A stretch of DNA of 64,000 bases from Chrysomallon squamiferum (Eukaryota; Animalia; Mollusca), in contig CM022672.1 in the NCBI GenBank assembly GCA_012295275.1, positions 21,142,001 through 21,206,000 of the forward strand, given 5' to 3'. The notes below the pieces were generated by a model. The model searched no databases and was not told where the DNA came from. It saw only the letters and a list, made by a program, of their open reading frames with translations. The position numbers and the translations under genes were made by a program. Below are positions 28,001 to 60,467 of the stretch, one piece after another; position 1 is the first letter of the stretch, and every line of letters starts with the position of its first letter.

Positions 28001-29815
28001 AATGGAAAGAACCGGAAAGATTTACACGATATTTTCAATGCAAACAGTCATTATGACTTTAAAGTTGTACGAACCGTTAAAATCGCAAACGGTAAAACAA
28101 AACAACGTATAGAAGTAAGCTTCGATGGCATCCCTGTATTTGGTCTCAGTATCCAGGCTACGTATGACGAAAAGAACGGTTACACGGGAGCTCTGACGGG
28201 CGAATTTGTCTCGGGAATAGAAAATGACATCAGCGACTCTTCAGCTTGTCAAAGAAATCAAAATTTTTTGTTTTCTCTAGGCAAACAAAAATCTGGGCTT
28301 CCAGCTGCCTGTACATACTGCAGCTTAGCTAGGACACAGAGGTATATCTATTTTGATAACAAAAATAAGGCACATTTAGCATATGTTATAGAAATTGAAC
28401 ACGATGCCCCAGAGACATTTTCTCGATATTATCTCATTGTTGATGCTTGCACTCTCAGCACTTACAAGATGTATAACACGGCACCAAACCGCAAACAGTC
28501 GCTATCTTCCATTCATGAAGCAGATATCCCTAAAGAGGAAAGAAGATCGAATATCAATAAAAGGCAAAATTGTCCAGTGTCTGCCAAAGGGACAGGAGGG
28601 AATCCCAAAATAGGACCTATCCGCTACGGAGACCCACCGTATTGTCTTGATGTTACAAGGACAGGTCAATGGTGTTTCTTGAACAATTCTTATGTAAAGG
28701 TTACTGACATGAAACAACAGACTACCGGAGGACAAGTATATCGGTACAACTGTAGTAGAGCAAATGATTCGATTAATGGCGCAAACTCGGCAAACCTGGA
28801 TGCATTCTTTTATGGAAATATAATGACTCAAGTTTTTCGAAAGTATTTCCAGATGAATCCACTGCCTTTTCAGATATCACTGAAAACCCACTGGGGAAAT
28901 CATTACCATAACGCAGCGTGGCACAAGAGCCAGAAATATGCCCGTTTCGGCGATGATAGTGACAGCTATTATACTTATGTAGCTTTGGATGTGGTCTCAC
29001 ATGAAGTTGCTCATGGCATAACAAACCAGTATTCTAGTTTGTTTTATTCAGGTCAGTCTGGTGGAATAAACGAAGCATTTTCTGATATTACAGGTGAGAT
29101 GGTTGAATTTCTTGCTCCCTACAGATCGAATGATTGGTTGGCTGGTTACGATGTAAGCAAAGGGAAATATACAGCGATGCGATCACTTAAAAATCCGCCG
29201 CTGGATCATAAATCAATTAGTCATGTAAATAACTACCATGATAAACTAAATGTCCACTACAGCAGCGGTATTTACAATAAGGCATTTTATGAGATGGTTA
29301 TGACACAAAGAATACCTATGAGAGATGCATATCACATGATCTTGTTAGCCAATCAAATGTATTGGAATTCTAACAGCAATTTCCAACATGCAGCCTGTGG
29401 AGTTCGAAATGCTGCAGCAGATCTGGGTATGAGTACTGCTCGAGTGGAAGCTGCGTTTTCAGTCGTGGGTATCAACTTTACTGCCTGTGCAGGAGGGAAC
29501 AATCAATACAACACTCTTGAACCTGGCAAACTGACGCTCAAAGTATCTCCCTTGTTCAGTCCGTGTTTGTTAATACAGCCCAGATCAGAGTTGTTGTATA
29601 TTCTGTATGTCATTGCAAACACTAGCAATGGGGGCCATGTCAAGATGACCATTAAGCATGGTGTCACTATGAAAGAGATTGGTTCAAGATATGATCGACT
29701 GGGCTATTATTTACCCAGAAGCAGGCAGGATCGTCTAATCTGCTTTTCTGCCAAGAGATATATAACAGTTAATTTAAACACATACTACTGCGGACATAAG
29801 GGTTGCGTCAATTAA
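25060..29815 (+). CDS. M4-family zinc metalloprotease preproprotein, divergent copy 4; join(25060..25090,27870..29815), 658 aa
   Basis: Exon MMKIGLAAVV plus T|GTAAGT (25091). Acceptor TTTTTAAAG|27870 gives MMKIGLAAVVYIISFISVDC-A. HEVAH, GGINEAFSD and NVHYSSG are intact, and the large exon is the same 1,946 nt. Confidence 0.93.
26950..27755. mobile_element. Non-autonomous Tc1/mariner(pogo)-type MITE, ~806 bp, in the intron of copy 4
   Basis: TIRs CCGTATATACTTGTGTA... and ...TACACAAGTATATACGG are flanked by TA on both sides. The subterminal motif TGTATAAGTCGA repeats at ~26980, ~27036 and ~27682. The element is absent from the introns of copies 1-3. Confidence 0.88.
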
Positions 29816-29862
29816 ACTGATGAACATACGCAGATGTAAGGAATATTTCTACAATATTCCCG

Positions 29863-29868
29863 AATAAA
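29863..29868 (+). terminator. Polyadenylation signal of copy 4
   Basis: AATAAA in conserved context (CGAATAAAGATTTATCTCA). Confidence 0.65.
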
Positions 29869-30640
29869 GATTTATCTCAATTTCAATGTATTTTCTAGTG
29901 AATTTAAATTTAATAATTAATTGAAAAGTAAATGAAAAATCACCTCTATCAACGTTTTTCCCTGTTTAATCAAGCGTGAAAGCTAACGATATTATTTGCC
30001 ATTCCATCGATGGAATTTAAATGAAAAGATGTCTTCTAAAGCCTTATTTTTCCAGACAATACACAGGAACAAGCACACAGACAGACAGGCCTACATATAT
30101 TATTTCCCTAATTACCGTAAAAAAATACATTATTACAGGGGTGTACAATGTTTATTTTTAAGTCTACATACAAAGTCCTACGAACAAAACCTAAGCTCCA
30201 CACACCACATACACATGTACACACAAATACAAATACATACGCACACACAAACACATAAACACATGTACACACACTTACACTCACAGACTGGTTTTACTTT
30301 ACAGTGATATATCAGTTTTATTATGGGTTAGGTTTGGCACTAACTATTCGCTTCAGGTATGATACATGTTCATCTTAACGTCGTCTACGTTTACATACAT
30401 GAGGACTATAAATCGTGCGCGTATTTTAGACTGTTCTTGAAATCATTCTTCTTAAAAATAAATCCTTACTTTAATAGAATAAAATAGGTCAGGGTAGAAA
30501 CGACATATGTGTTAAATAAATAAATATGCATGTGTATCACAGGTTAAGGAAAAATAGAAAAATAAAATCTCAAGTATGGAATTCAGATAAATTTCGTATA
30601 TACATATATACATACATATTCTTACAAAAATACTCACATC

Positions 30641-30672
<32 letters not shown>

Positions 30673-30997
30673 TATTTATAAACATGTAATATATAAGCAT
30701 ACATCTGTCCAACTATCACACGCACACACATGCACACAAACTTTCATATATATGGGAGTGTGTGCGTGCGTAGACAGAAAGAAGCATGCTATTTCGTAAT
30801 AACAAATACATAAAAATACATGCAATAAATATGAAGTAACAAGATTATACACACGTATTTATCTAACAGTTTCAAACATGTATGCGAAATATAAACAAAC
30901 GTATGTACAAACAGACCTATACGCAGAACATAACAACATATAGGCAAAAAGGCAAATATCACATGGACAATCGAGAATACACACATCTACACTACAA

Positions 30998-31130
<133 letters not shown>

Positions 31131-31475
31131 GTGTTTAAGTCTTATACAGGGAAACACGCAATAACCTTTTTCTGATAATGTCTTTCTGAAGACGAATAAA
31201 AAATAAAACAGGAAATATTATGTAATACGTGGGCGTTTACACAAGATACATTTTTATTGTCGTTTATTTTGTTTGGTTAATGCACCCGAAAATATATTTA
31301 TGTATACCTGCATGTGTGTACCTGCCTATATGTGAGTGTGTGTGTGTGTGAGTGTGTGTGTGTGTGTGTGTGTGAACGTACAGTACAATTTGTATTGTTG
31401 CTGTTAGTTGTTTATTGTTGTTGTTGTTAATAGTTGAAAAAACTGAAATGAACAATAAAGATTATATTAGAGAGA

Positions 31476-31551
<76 letters not shown>

Positions 31552-31614
31552 AATCAAGTCTGATACAGAAAAACAGAGAATGAAAATGAACGAGGAAAAA
31601 ATATTTAAATAAAC

Positions 31615-32063
31615 AAATACTATAATATAAATTATTTACTAGCAGTCTGGCTGTTATTACTCTCTACAAACAGCGTTATCAGCGTGTTAAAGCACAGATA
31701 CAAATTAATAAACATTTATTTATTATAGTATCGTTTTATTACAAGTTTTATTACAAATGGGCCACTGAAATATTCTGCAAATTCTCGTAGCAAGCGAGTG
31801 AGCTAAATGTGTTAAACCAGTTAGTTGTTACGAAATACTTAACCAGACCATTCAGATAATGAGAATCTTGAGAACAGAGAAAACAGAAAAAAACATGTAC
31901 AGAAGTGTTTTGTCAATATCGATTAGAAAACACTTGTAATAAAATGATACTGTAATAAATAAATGTTTATTAATTTGTATATGTGCTTTAACTCGCTGAT
32001 AACACTGTTTGTACAGTGTAATAATAGCCTGTCTGCTAGTAAATAATTTATATTATAGTATTT
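31615..32063. mobile_element. Palindromic MITE/foldback-like element with ~135-bp inverted arms
   Basis: 31615-~31750 is the imperfect reverse complement of ~31927-32063, around a ~175-bp non-coding spacer. Confidence 0.75.
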
Positions 32064-32100
32064 TTATATCTAGGGTTTTTTATCTGTATTTTCCGTATTT

Positions 32101-32170
<70 letters not shown>

Positions 32171-32999
32171 ACATAGACAAAATATGTGAATGCGAATACG
32201 CAGGTGTACAAAAGAAGATGAATGAATAAATAAATAAATAAAATAGCTACCTGAATACTAGTGTATAATTTAAGAAATCATTTTCAATCACTGTTTACGA
32301 GTGTAAAATAAATAAATAAATAAATAAATAATAATAAATAATAACAATAACAAATTATTTCTCAAAACCAAAGCCACAGTTCACGGTTCGGCTTGTACAT
32401 CACACGTTAGTGTTAGGGCGTGTGTCACAACATACGACCAACAGATTAGATATTTTCCATTTACTTTCCTATTAAAGTTACCTCTTGAACCAAAGCAGGT
32501 TGGATGGATATCAAGTGAGGTGTTTGTGAACGGATACAACGAACACCACACGGCGAAAACACTCTATACCTTCGGGTATACCAAATCAAAATGGGCAGAG
32601 TTTACACATCGGACAGCCAAAATGATATACAATCGCACTTCGCTGAACGTCGCTTTTTGACCTCGTTTCTGCAATAGAAAGTCTTATTATGTACATTAGA
32701 ATAGAAAAATGAAAAGTGCTCTTCAAAGACGGATAGGCTAGGGTATCTAGGGTGTATAAAGAGATCCAATATACTCGCTTAGGCTGATATCGCATTTAAC
32801 ATGTTCGCCGCCACGTTCAACTTGAAACGTGTTAATGAAAATTAATCTAATATGCGGAAAGAACAGTCCTACGTCAATGCTGGCATATTGATCGAAAGCT
32901 CTAGCATACGTTTTTTTGTTTTATGGTAGTTCTCGGTGTTGCTAAGTCAAATTATATCGTCGTCTTCGATGCTGCTGTCGTTGCTGTTGTGAAATCAAA

Positions 33000-50486
<17,487 letters not shown>

Positions 50487-51778
50487 AAAAAAACACTGTT
50501 AAAAGAAATGTGTATGTAGAGAAACAAAAACATATATACAAAGGTATACAACATTAGTTAGACATGTTGACACAAACTGGCGACTGAAAAGGAAACAACA
50601 GTTTCAGAGATAGCCTGAAAGAAAAACGGATTCTCTATTGATTTGGGGCTTTTGTTTTTCTGTCTGAACAAGTAAAAGGTGTTTCAGGTTTGATAATTTA
50701 GTTTAATATGATCATCATTTATTCGGAAATTGTTTATAGCTTTCGGGACAATCATTTTGAGTTCCGTAGAAGATATATATTTAGCTCTCCCTCACTCTCT
50801 CTGTCTCTTTCTCTTTATCTCTCTCACTCTGTTTTGTATTCGTCAATCCAATTATCTGCCTGTTTGCCTATGTATCTATCTATCAGTGTGTGTGTGTCTG
50901 TATGTCTGTCTCTCAATCAATGTACCTACCTACTTACCTACCTAACTACCCAACAACCTATCTATCTAACTACCTCTCTCTCTATTTACTTATCTATCTA
51001 TCATTCTGCCTGTCTATGTATCTATTTATTTATCTCTCTCTATATATGTATATCATAATATCTATATATCTATGTGCGTCTTTCTTTTTATTTATCTATC
51101 TGTCTGTCTTTCTGTTTCTTATTGTCAGCGTCACTGATTATTTATACAGATATATATTTAAAAAATGCCTTTACATGAAAACATTAAATAAACTTACAAG
51201 CGACAGCGAACAAAATATGAACATTAAATCAATAGTAGTAATGAGGCTGTTTAAAAAAAAAAAAATGGTAAGACTGGTTGAAAAGACTAATTCAACTGAT
51301 TAATTGTTTGAGACCCATTAAAATAGGAAAACGTTCTGTTAGGTATCATAAACAGTCATTATATAGAGGAACATTATTATTATCAATATTATTGTTAATA
51401 TTACTATTATTATTATTATATTTCATCGCTATCGTGCCTTTGTTTCTTTGTCTTTCAGAACAAATTGAATATATATGTATGAAATTATAAATGGTGTTTG
51501 TTTTGTTTTCCATTTTAACAACATATTTTTTTATCTAATTTTGTAAACTTTGATTACAAAACCACTACCACTATTGTTACAGCTACTACTGCAAATGCTA
51601 TTATTACTACTACTGCAAACTACAATAGCTACGATAAAAACAGCTTCTACTATTACAGCTGTTTATGTCGTTCCTACTGAAAATATTACTATACAAATAC
51701 AAAAAGAAATCACTGGTCTAGATTTTAGAGGTAGAACTATAGATAAAGCGAGTCAGAGTCACATATTAAAAGACATAC

Positions 51779-51881
<103 letters not shown>

Positions 51882-52169
51882 TCAAACTATCATATTATCC
51901 TCAAATAGTTATTTATCATTCCAGTTCTTGTTCCATACACAAAAATTCCAAACAAACTTTGTCAGAACTATTAGCAGTATTATTATACAACTTCTTACCG
52001 ACCACATTCGGCTACTCTCAGCAGTCTCAGTGTCCACACAAAGTCAGAGTGATTCTTATTTTCAGATCTGTCGGTTAACTGGGAGGTACTGAGTAAACAT
52101 TAAATAATGATTCAATGGATAATATACGAAATAAAGATCTGAAACTTTTTAATAGGTGTGTGCGCGCGT

Positions 52170-52227
<58 letters not shown>

Positions 52228-52434
52228 TTTTAATAAAAACAATATCAATAATTACAGAAATAATAGAAAACAAAATACGTTCACTACAAACAAGAACAAC
52301 AAAAACAACGAGAGTAACAGAAGTAGTAGTGGTAATAGTCGTAGTGGCTGCAGCTCTACCGTAGTAACTCTCAATAGAGAAACAACTATACATACTGTAC
52401 TTTTTAAATTAATTACAGATGTTGTGTGTGTGTG

Positions 52435-52497
<63 letters not shown>

Positions 52498-53657
52498 TTA
52501 ATAAAATAAAAATAAAAAAAACATAAGAAAAGATATTTATCTACGTCATACGGTTAACCATTCCTAAAATAATCGATCACTTGGTTAGTAAATAATATTT
52601 ATACTACGTATATATATATATACATATACATGTATCTACCTTACTATCAATAAACATAGAATGGTACATTAAACACAGATAAAAGGTAGCATTTTGTTTT
52701 CTTTCATTCGTTTTTCATTACAGTATAAAACTCCACCCCACCCCCCAACAAGCTTTTCGTCAAACTACCCCACAGAGCTGCCACACAAGATAATCATTTT
52801 TAAATAATCAATCACCGTTTTGAAGGACAAAGACTTTGAAATCGAATACAGCGAGCCATTATTCCTCGTCGCTGTTACCGTCTGCACTTCAGAATGTTGT
52901 GGGGGAGTGAAGAAACAAGGGGGACTAGTGACGTGTGTACACGGTTATTACTTAGAATAACAGCGTTTGCGTTAATATTTACATTGTACGTCCCTCCTAG
53001 GTAACTAAGTGTTGCAATGAGAATGCGAGAACGTAAATGTAGTATATTGTTATTTTATACGACGCGTGTCAAGGCTGGGGCAAGGATGTGGAAATAAACA
53101 CAGCGAAATTAACGCACGTGCAGATGATATGGAAGTTCAAAGGGGAACGTTTGTGTTATCGTCTGCTATTTTGGAGCGAGTTTTCAAACTGAAATGCAAC
53201 CCCGTTCGGTGAGTATTCGGAATCTTAAGTGGATACAGTGGTGTATGATTTAATCTTTGTAAATTAGAAATATTTTAAATTTTATATTCATTCTAATGAT
53301 GAGACATATGATACGTTTTCGCGGGTCATATACAAAAATAATCTACATTCTCGTGTCAGTAAACTCTCTGTACTGTCCTGCTTGCGTGGGCCTATTTTTA
53401 GAACTGTTTTGTTATGATAATGAATGTTTTACTTTATGTATGTTTCTTCACAGTTAAACTTGGTACCATGCTTGATCTTTTGAACGTAATTAAAGACACA
53501 GAAACGTGCAGCACATACTAATATATGCACGCATCCATGCACATCTACACCGGCATATCCTCCGCACATATCATGCCTCACAACTGAATAGAAAATTAAT
53601 TATTAGCATATGGAACATAATTATTATTTATTAAAAACATAATTTAAAAAAAAAAAA

Positions 53658-53716
<59 letters not shown>

Positions 53717-54099
53717 TATTAATATATTTATAATAATAATTTAAAGAAATGTTTTATTTAGATCGTATCAGCGCTACTTTTAATCAGTTATCTAACAGTG
53801 TATTCTAATTCTTGTTTTTTTCCTGGGTTTTCTTTGTTGTCGTTCTGGGTGACAGAGGTGCGAAGCGAGCTTTGAATAATAAATCCACTGTTGCGTCATT
53901 CGGTTACTTTTCCCATTAACAATAAGACTTTTAAAAAAGTATTTAATTACATGCCAGTCCGATCAAAACAGAAGTTATTGATTCTCAGTTAAAATGTACA
54001 CTGTCAATACAGCTATTTTGTATTTCGAACAAGTGTATGAGATAACATAAACTAGGTATTAAGTCATGACTCGCCTTTAATCAATTTATTTCTTCGTCT

Positions 54100-54131
<32 letters not shown>

Positions 54132-54142
54132 CTTTTACGTTC

Positions 54143-54173
<31 letters not shown>

Positions 54174-54821
54174 CTCTTTTCTTTTTTAACAACCTAATTT
54201 GCCGGCATTGCATTTCAGATAATCTCCTGCCTCGGTCTAAATTTCAGATCGAAGCTAATATAAAATGATTCACAATGTTTATTTTGTGGTTGGAGCACGT
54301 AGCCTGAATTTTAATGTACGACAGGATCAGATCTCATGGGTGCGCTCTTTGGGTATTTTTTTCGTGTTTTTTTTTTTTTTTTTTTTAGGAAATCCAATGA
54401 GGACTTCTCACCTGTCAGTTCAGAACTTGTGTTAAGAAAAAGTTTATTGTGTTGTTTTAAGTATTTTCGAACAGTTTATTAAAATTTAATTACACGAAAT
54501 TAAACAAAATTTAATATTTAATACATAACAGGGTTTATATCCGTAACAGTTCATGTTACATCCCAGCCTATAAAACTATTGGAATTGGGGTTGTCACGGG
54601 CTGTTTTGGGTTTTTTTTTTTTATAGGGAGGTCTTTGTATCAGTAACAAATGGAATTATTTATATAAATAATAAAATAAACGGTTATTTTAATATTAAAT
54701 GGGAATAGGATTTATGTTATATATTTTACGAAATAAATTAATAAGGAAAATAAATAAATAAAACGTTATTAATAAGAAGAATGCAATGAATACAGATTTT
54801 ATTTTCATTTATTTATTTATT

Positions 54822-54893
<72 letters not shown>

Positions 54894-55299
54894 TTAAAGA
54901 CATGAAATTGAGGAAATAAATATATATCTACTGTTTAAAACGCTGACATTTCAGTCTAAAATTTATCGAAAAAAATAAGTTTGAGATCAGTTTCTTACCT
55001 TTTTCAGAACGAGATTAGTATTGTCTACAGCTATCATTACATAACTGTTTATGACGTGATAAAGCTCACACCTCTGACCTGCAATATAGTGTAATTTATT
55101 ATTTACTATTGTTGGTAGTAGTGTTCTTCTGTTTCTTCTTCATAAATCTGTGTAATGAAACCCGTTTTGATTGTCCTTAAAACCATATTCAAAAATGTTC
55201 TAAAACAAAAATAATAATTGAGAAATTTAATAGATTTTATTTGCTGTTGAAACAATGCTAAGAAATAAATTTAAAAAAAACTAAGACCTTTCTATAACG

Positions 55300-55300
<1 letters not shown>

Positions 55301-55368
<68 letters not shown>

Positions 55369-55570
55369 ATATATATATACATATATATATATACATACAT
55401 ATATATATACATATATGTATATATATATATATATGTATGTATATATATATATATGTATGTGTGTATTTATGTATGTATGTATGTATTGATGTATGTATGT
55501 GTGTATTTATTTATGTATGTATGTATGTATGTATATAGGTAGGTAGATAGGTAGATGGTTTGTGTATATG
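55301..55570. repeat. Compound (TA)n/(TATG)n microsatellite
   Basis: Direct reading. Confidence 0.9.
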
Positions 55571-58500
55571 TTGATTCATGCATACATACAATTTATTCAT
55601 ATATCCATTCATCCATTCTGTACAACAATACTTTCAACCAAATTTTCTACCAGAAATCTGCTGATATTGATAAACACTGTTACTAAGACTCTGTTGTGCT
55701 CTCAGTAAATGTTATTTTATTAAACCTTTCTTTTTTTTTTTTCTTTCTTTTTTCTTTCTTTCGGGCATGAACCTCTCGTCGTATTGTCCATTGTCGTTCT
55801 CCAGTGGGGGTATTCACTTAATATCGTTTTTCTCATTAGCATGTGTCAGGGCAGGTGGGAAAGTTGAAACATGTAGCGACGCGCCACACTCTGATCTTAG
55901 TTTATTTGGCTGACTGTTGATCTCTGTGTAACCAATGTTGTTTTTTTCTTTTCTTTCTTCTGCACGTATATTGTACGAGTTTATGAATGTGTGTGGCTAT
56001 GCGCGTGTTTCTGGGTGTGTCTTTGGGGTTTTGTGTGTATAAGTTAACGGAAGCGAGAGCGAAGTTTGAAGGAGGAGGTAAAATGGATATATGGGTATAA
56101 ATAGGAGATAAAGCGTTGCAAGAATAGGGTGCAGTGATAAACAGAGAAAGAAACAAATAAAAACCTATGTATGTATGTATTTTTGTATGTGTGTTAATTT
56201 TTTTATCTACCTATATACGAATGTTTAGTTAAATGACAAGAAGATAAGAAAGGATGTTTGGACAAAGTCTTGCGGTTGTTTTTCTTTCTTTAATAGTTGT
56301 TCTTTTTTATTCTTTCTTGTTGTTGTTATTATTGTTGTTGTTTTTAAAGTCTTTAAATACTGTGTGCCTGTGTCTGTGTGTATATGAATGTACGTATTTA
56401 TATATATATATATATATTTGTGTTAGTTTGTCTGTATATGTGAGAGAGTGTATGGATATGTGAATACGAGGTAGAGAGAAAGAAGGGATGTTAGGAAGCG
56501 AGAAGGTTGGACGAGGAGGAGAAGGGGAACGCAGATACAGATGTACAGAAAGATGTACAGTTAGACACAGAGGGAAGGAGAAAGAAGAATCTGACATAGA
56601 CATATCCAACCAGATAAACAACTAGACAGATAGCATATAGATAAATTAGCTGATAAAAACATGCTCGAACACAGTGAGATGTATGATAGAAGAAAGAGAC
56701 AGATGTAAAGGATGGGTCTTGTGATCCCCATCGAAGGGAAACAACTCGGTTTATGCTTATTTATATTTCATTAGAACATTAAAACAGAAGAAAAAAGAAA
56801 AGCCAAACACACAGTCATCTTCCTATTTTACTACCTTTTACAAAACGACCTTAAATGTCAATCCGGTTCCATTAACGTCTTTCCTGGCGACACGAAATTC
56901 TTAAAATCTATTTAAGATATCAAATAAAACAATCATCTTGGTGTTAAATCTGTTTCTCTTGTTTTTGTTTTTTTTCTGAAAAATCGGGAAATGTCAATCT
57001 TGACTTTATATATTTATTTATATATCTATTCTGGAGCCTTTAAATGGGTGCCATACTTATAATCAAGGTCGCTTTTGTTATTTTTATGAAAGCAACTGAC
57101 TCAAACAATAAAACGTCAGCCTGACTCGGATATATCAGAAAAAGAGAACGGTCAGTTAGCTGAACTGACACGTCTCAAGTCAAACGCTGTGATTGAGAAA
57201 TGAGAAAAGAAACGCTTTCAGGCAGTATTTCACAGTGATGACGTACACTGCCGACGATATGTTTTATTCATTAGCTATTTTGTATTTGAAGGCAACTGTT
57301 GCTGCTTGCGAAAGGTCTGCGATAAAATAGCAAAGGACCACAAAGGGTCGATATATGTGGTTTATGAATCTGTCAGAGATCTTTTCGTTACTAGTTATTG
57401 TCCCCATTTACACGCGATGAATGGCAGTATAATAATTTCTTCAATACATGTTGGAGTGTGAGAGCAGCATTTACGTGGGCTCATTCTTTTTTTTTTCTTT
57501 TCTGTTTTGCAAGGGCGGTTCGTGAAAAGATAAAGGGAATTATTGTTGATAGGTGTCGACAGAAAGACAGAGATAGATGGTAAACTGTCAAATAATAATT
57601 GACCTTAGTCTAACAACCTTTATGTTGGTAATTGACAGCTGTATCATACCCCGTATAATAATGTCAGAAAAAGAGACAGGTTCAGCAGTTATATTTTAAT
57701 AAAATATCCAGATAATTCGTTCGGTGCGCATTTTATTAATCGAATCAACTGTTGGGCATGCGTAACCGCAAAATAATTGTGTACGTGGAAAGTTTGCATA
57801 AACACTAAAGATAAAGTGTTGAGTGATACCAGACGTGCGTGTAGTTTGTGTATTAGGTGATTATTACGTGTCAAGTGTTCTTATGTGAGTTTGACAAGGT
57901 CTTGGTTATAGCTTTGACTACCAGCATGAAAAACATTCATCATTAACAACATATTGCCTTTTTTTTTGTTTTTTTTTTTTTTTTTAATATTATTATTGCT
58001 GAAATATTCCATTGAAGAATATCTGTTATAAAGCCATAATAAAAGCCTTGAATTTTCTTTTTCTTTCAAATCTTGATTTTGTAATAACATGAAGAAATGA
58101 TGCATTAGCTTATATCAATATACTGTAAACATATTATCAACGAGTCATGAATGTATATCAACTTTACATTTTTACTATTGACGTACTATTAATTTATCAT
58201 CCATTTATTAAAGAATCTTTAAGTTATCATCAAAGTATCTCCAACGTGCCTTCAACTTATTATAAACATACCATCAATTATAACGGCATAAGTACTTTCC
58301 AGTGATTTATTTGAGTGAGCGAGATAGTTATTATTTCGTTCTTTCTGCTTTCTCTCCCTTTTCTGTCTTTCCTTGTGTGTCTGTTCGTTGTTGTTTTTTT
58401 TTGTGTTTTTTTTTTTTACTTATTTATTGTTTCTCTTGTTGATTTTCTTTTCTTTTTGATTTATTTTTATATTTGTGTGTTTGTTAAACATAATTCATAT

Positions 58501-60421
58501 ATCGAAAAGTGGTGAATTTCAAAACAAAACAAAACATTTCACTAAACCCGCAGAAATGAACAAATGATTCAACCATTTCAAACTTGACATGTCAACTGAA
58601 GCTTGAAGCACCTTTGATAAATGCAATAGCAACAGGTCTTTCTCAAACATCATGATTTACATTTCACAGTAAGTCACAGATACACACAGTTTTAATATAT
58701 TAATGATGATGTATGAGACGAAAAAACATTTTTTCCACTCCAGCAGTTAATCATCGATTAATACAAAGGATTCTTTCGTATACATCTTTCCATAAGAATG
58801 TAAACATATGCCAATTTAATGAACTTTAATAAGAAAAATGAAATGTATTGCCAAAACATTTAGTTATTTTGTTCTCTATCGTGCAGGTATTTATCGTATA
58901 AATAACCTCTGAAAATATTCATCACTTCTGTTTTATAGATACAAACCATAGCTCACTTAAGAAAAGGCGTTTTGGTATAAAATCAAACTGCCCATAAAAA
59001 ACTCGGTGAAAGCTAATAGTTATTAGAATCAAAGATGATTGTTCATGTTCACTTCTGTTTTATAGATACAAATTTCCTTAAGTTACTCATATCATACTCA
59101 AGTTTGGGTTAACACACAAACGAGTGTTAATATTTGATCTTACTAATGGCTGAAAAACATTCCAATAAACTGAAACAAAATCATAATAGAAAAACTTACC
59201 ATATTTAATGTTAGATTTTTTAATGATTCCAATTAATTTGTCTTATCGTTTTGCATGATAAAAATTTAGTTTTATTTATAAAAAATAATAATAATAATAA
59301 TAATAATAATATTAACCATCTTATTTCACACCGAACATTTTATTTCAAACTTTATTTTTTCGTGAACTGTTGGAATTTATTACTCACTATTTTTCTGTCC
59401 TTTTGTTAACAAGGTAACGGCTGTTACTCTATCCATACTTGACTGCATGGTGTAAAATTACTATGCCAATAAAATCACTAATCTATTAAATAAAGGTGAA
59501 AAAATGCCATAGATCTGCATAAATTACTAAAACCAATTTAACATAATCAAACAAACTATTCAGGTGTTTGCAGTAAAGGAAGGTTGCATGAATCATTTTA
59601 AATATAAATAATTATTATACAAGTTTAGTAAAAATTAAAATCATATTAAAAGTACTGAAAAAAAAGTGAAGAAAAAAAGTACCGTGATAATTTATGGATT
59701 CGTAATTCCTATAGAATGATTTAAAAAAAAATGTATTTATGTTTTTTTTTTTTATATTTTTGTATTTGATAATTAGAATTGTCGTTTTCTAGTCCTGGGA
59801 AGGCAATCCAGGAGGCTGCCACTTATATCTGACATGACCTTAAATCAACCCCATTCATATCATGGGTACAACCAGTTCAGAGACACAAATTTATGTTTAA
59901 TATTCTTAAGTAACAGGAAAAAAACAACTTGTGTTAAACAATTTAATGATTCAAGGAAGATCCAACATTCGATATATTTTTTTTTTTTTTTCATTTAACT
60001 GTAGTATTCAAGCACGCAAGACTGTATAATTAGTTCGTGTAAAGGTTAACATGAATTCGAGCTAGAATATTAATATAGCATAATCATATTATCCATAATA
60101 CGACTAAAAACCTGTGATGTCCACCTCCCCACAAAAAAAAATTAATTCCATTTCCAAACGTACATTCAGTGACCGTGTTCATGTAACTTATAAAAAAAAT
60201 CATTGCTGTTATATCCTCTTTTAAAAAAGAATAATCCTTACTGTCATCTAATTGTTAGAAAAGTGTTGAAAAATCGTAAGCGAACATCTTCCATTCGTTC
60301 GTTAATTTATTAATTCATACTGTCATAAATTTTGTCTTAAATAAAGTTTCTTTAGTCGTTAGACCTAAAGGTCTAAATAAAATGTCTTATACATCCCAGA
60401 GATATTTTTTTTTACTATTAT

Positions 60422-60467
<46 letters not shown>

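Noticed and set aside
58920-59075. ~24-bp direct repeat TCACTTCTGTTTTATAGATACAAA occurring twice
   Set aside because: Only two copies with no array structure. A small local duplication, not CRISPR-like.
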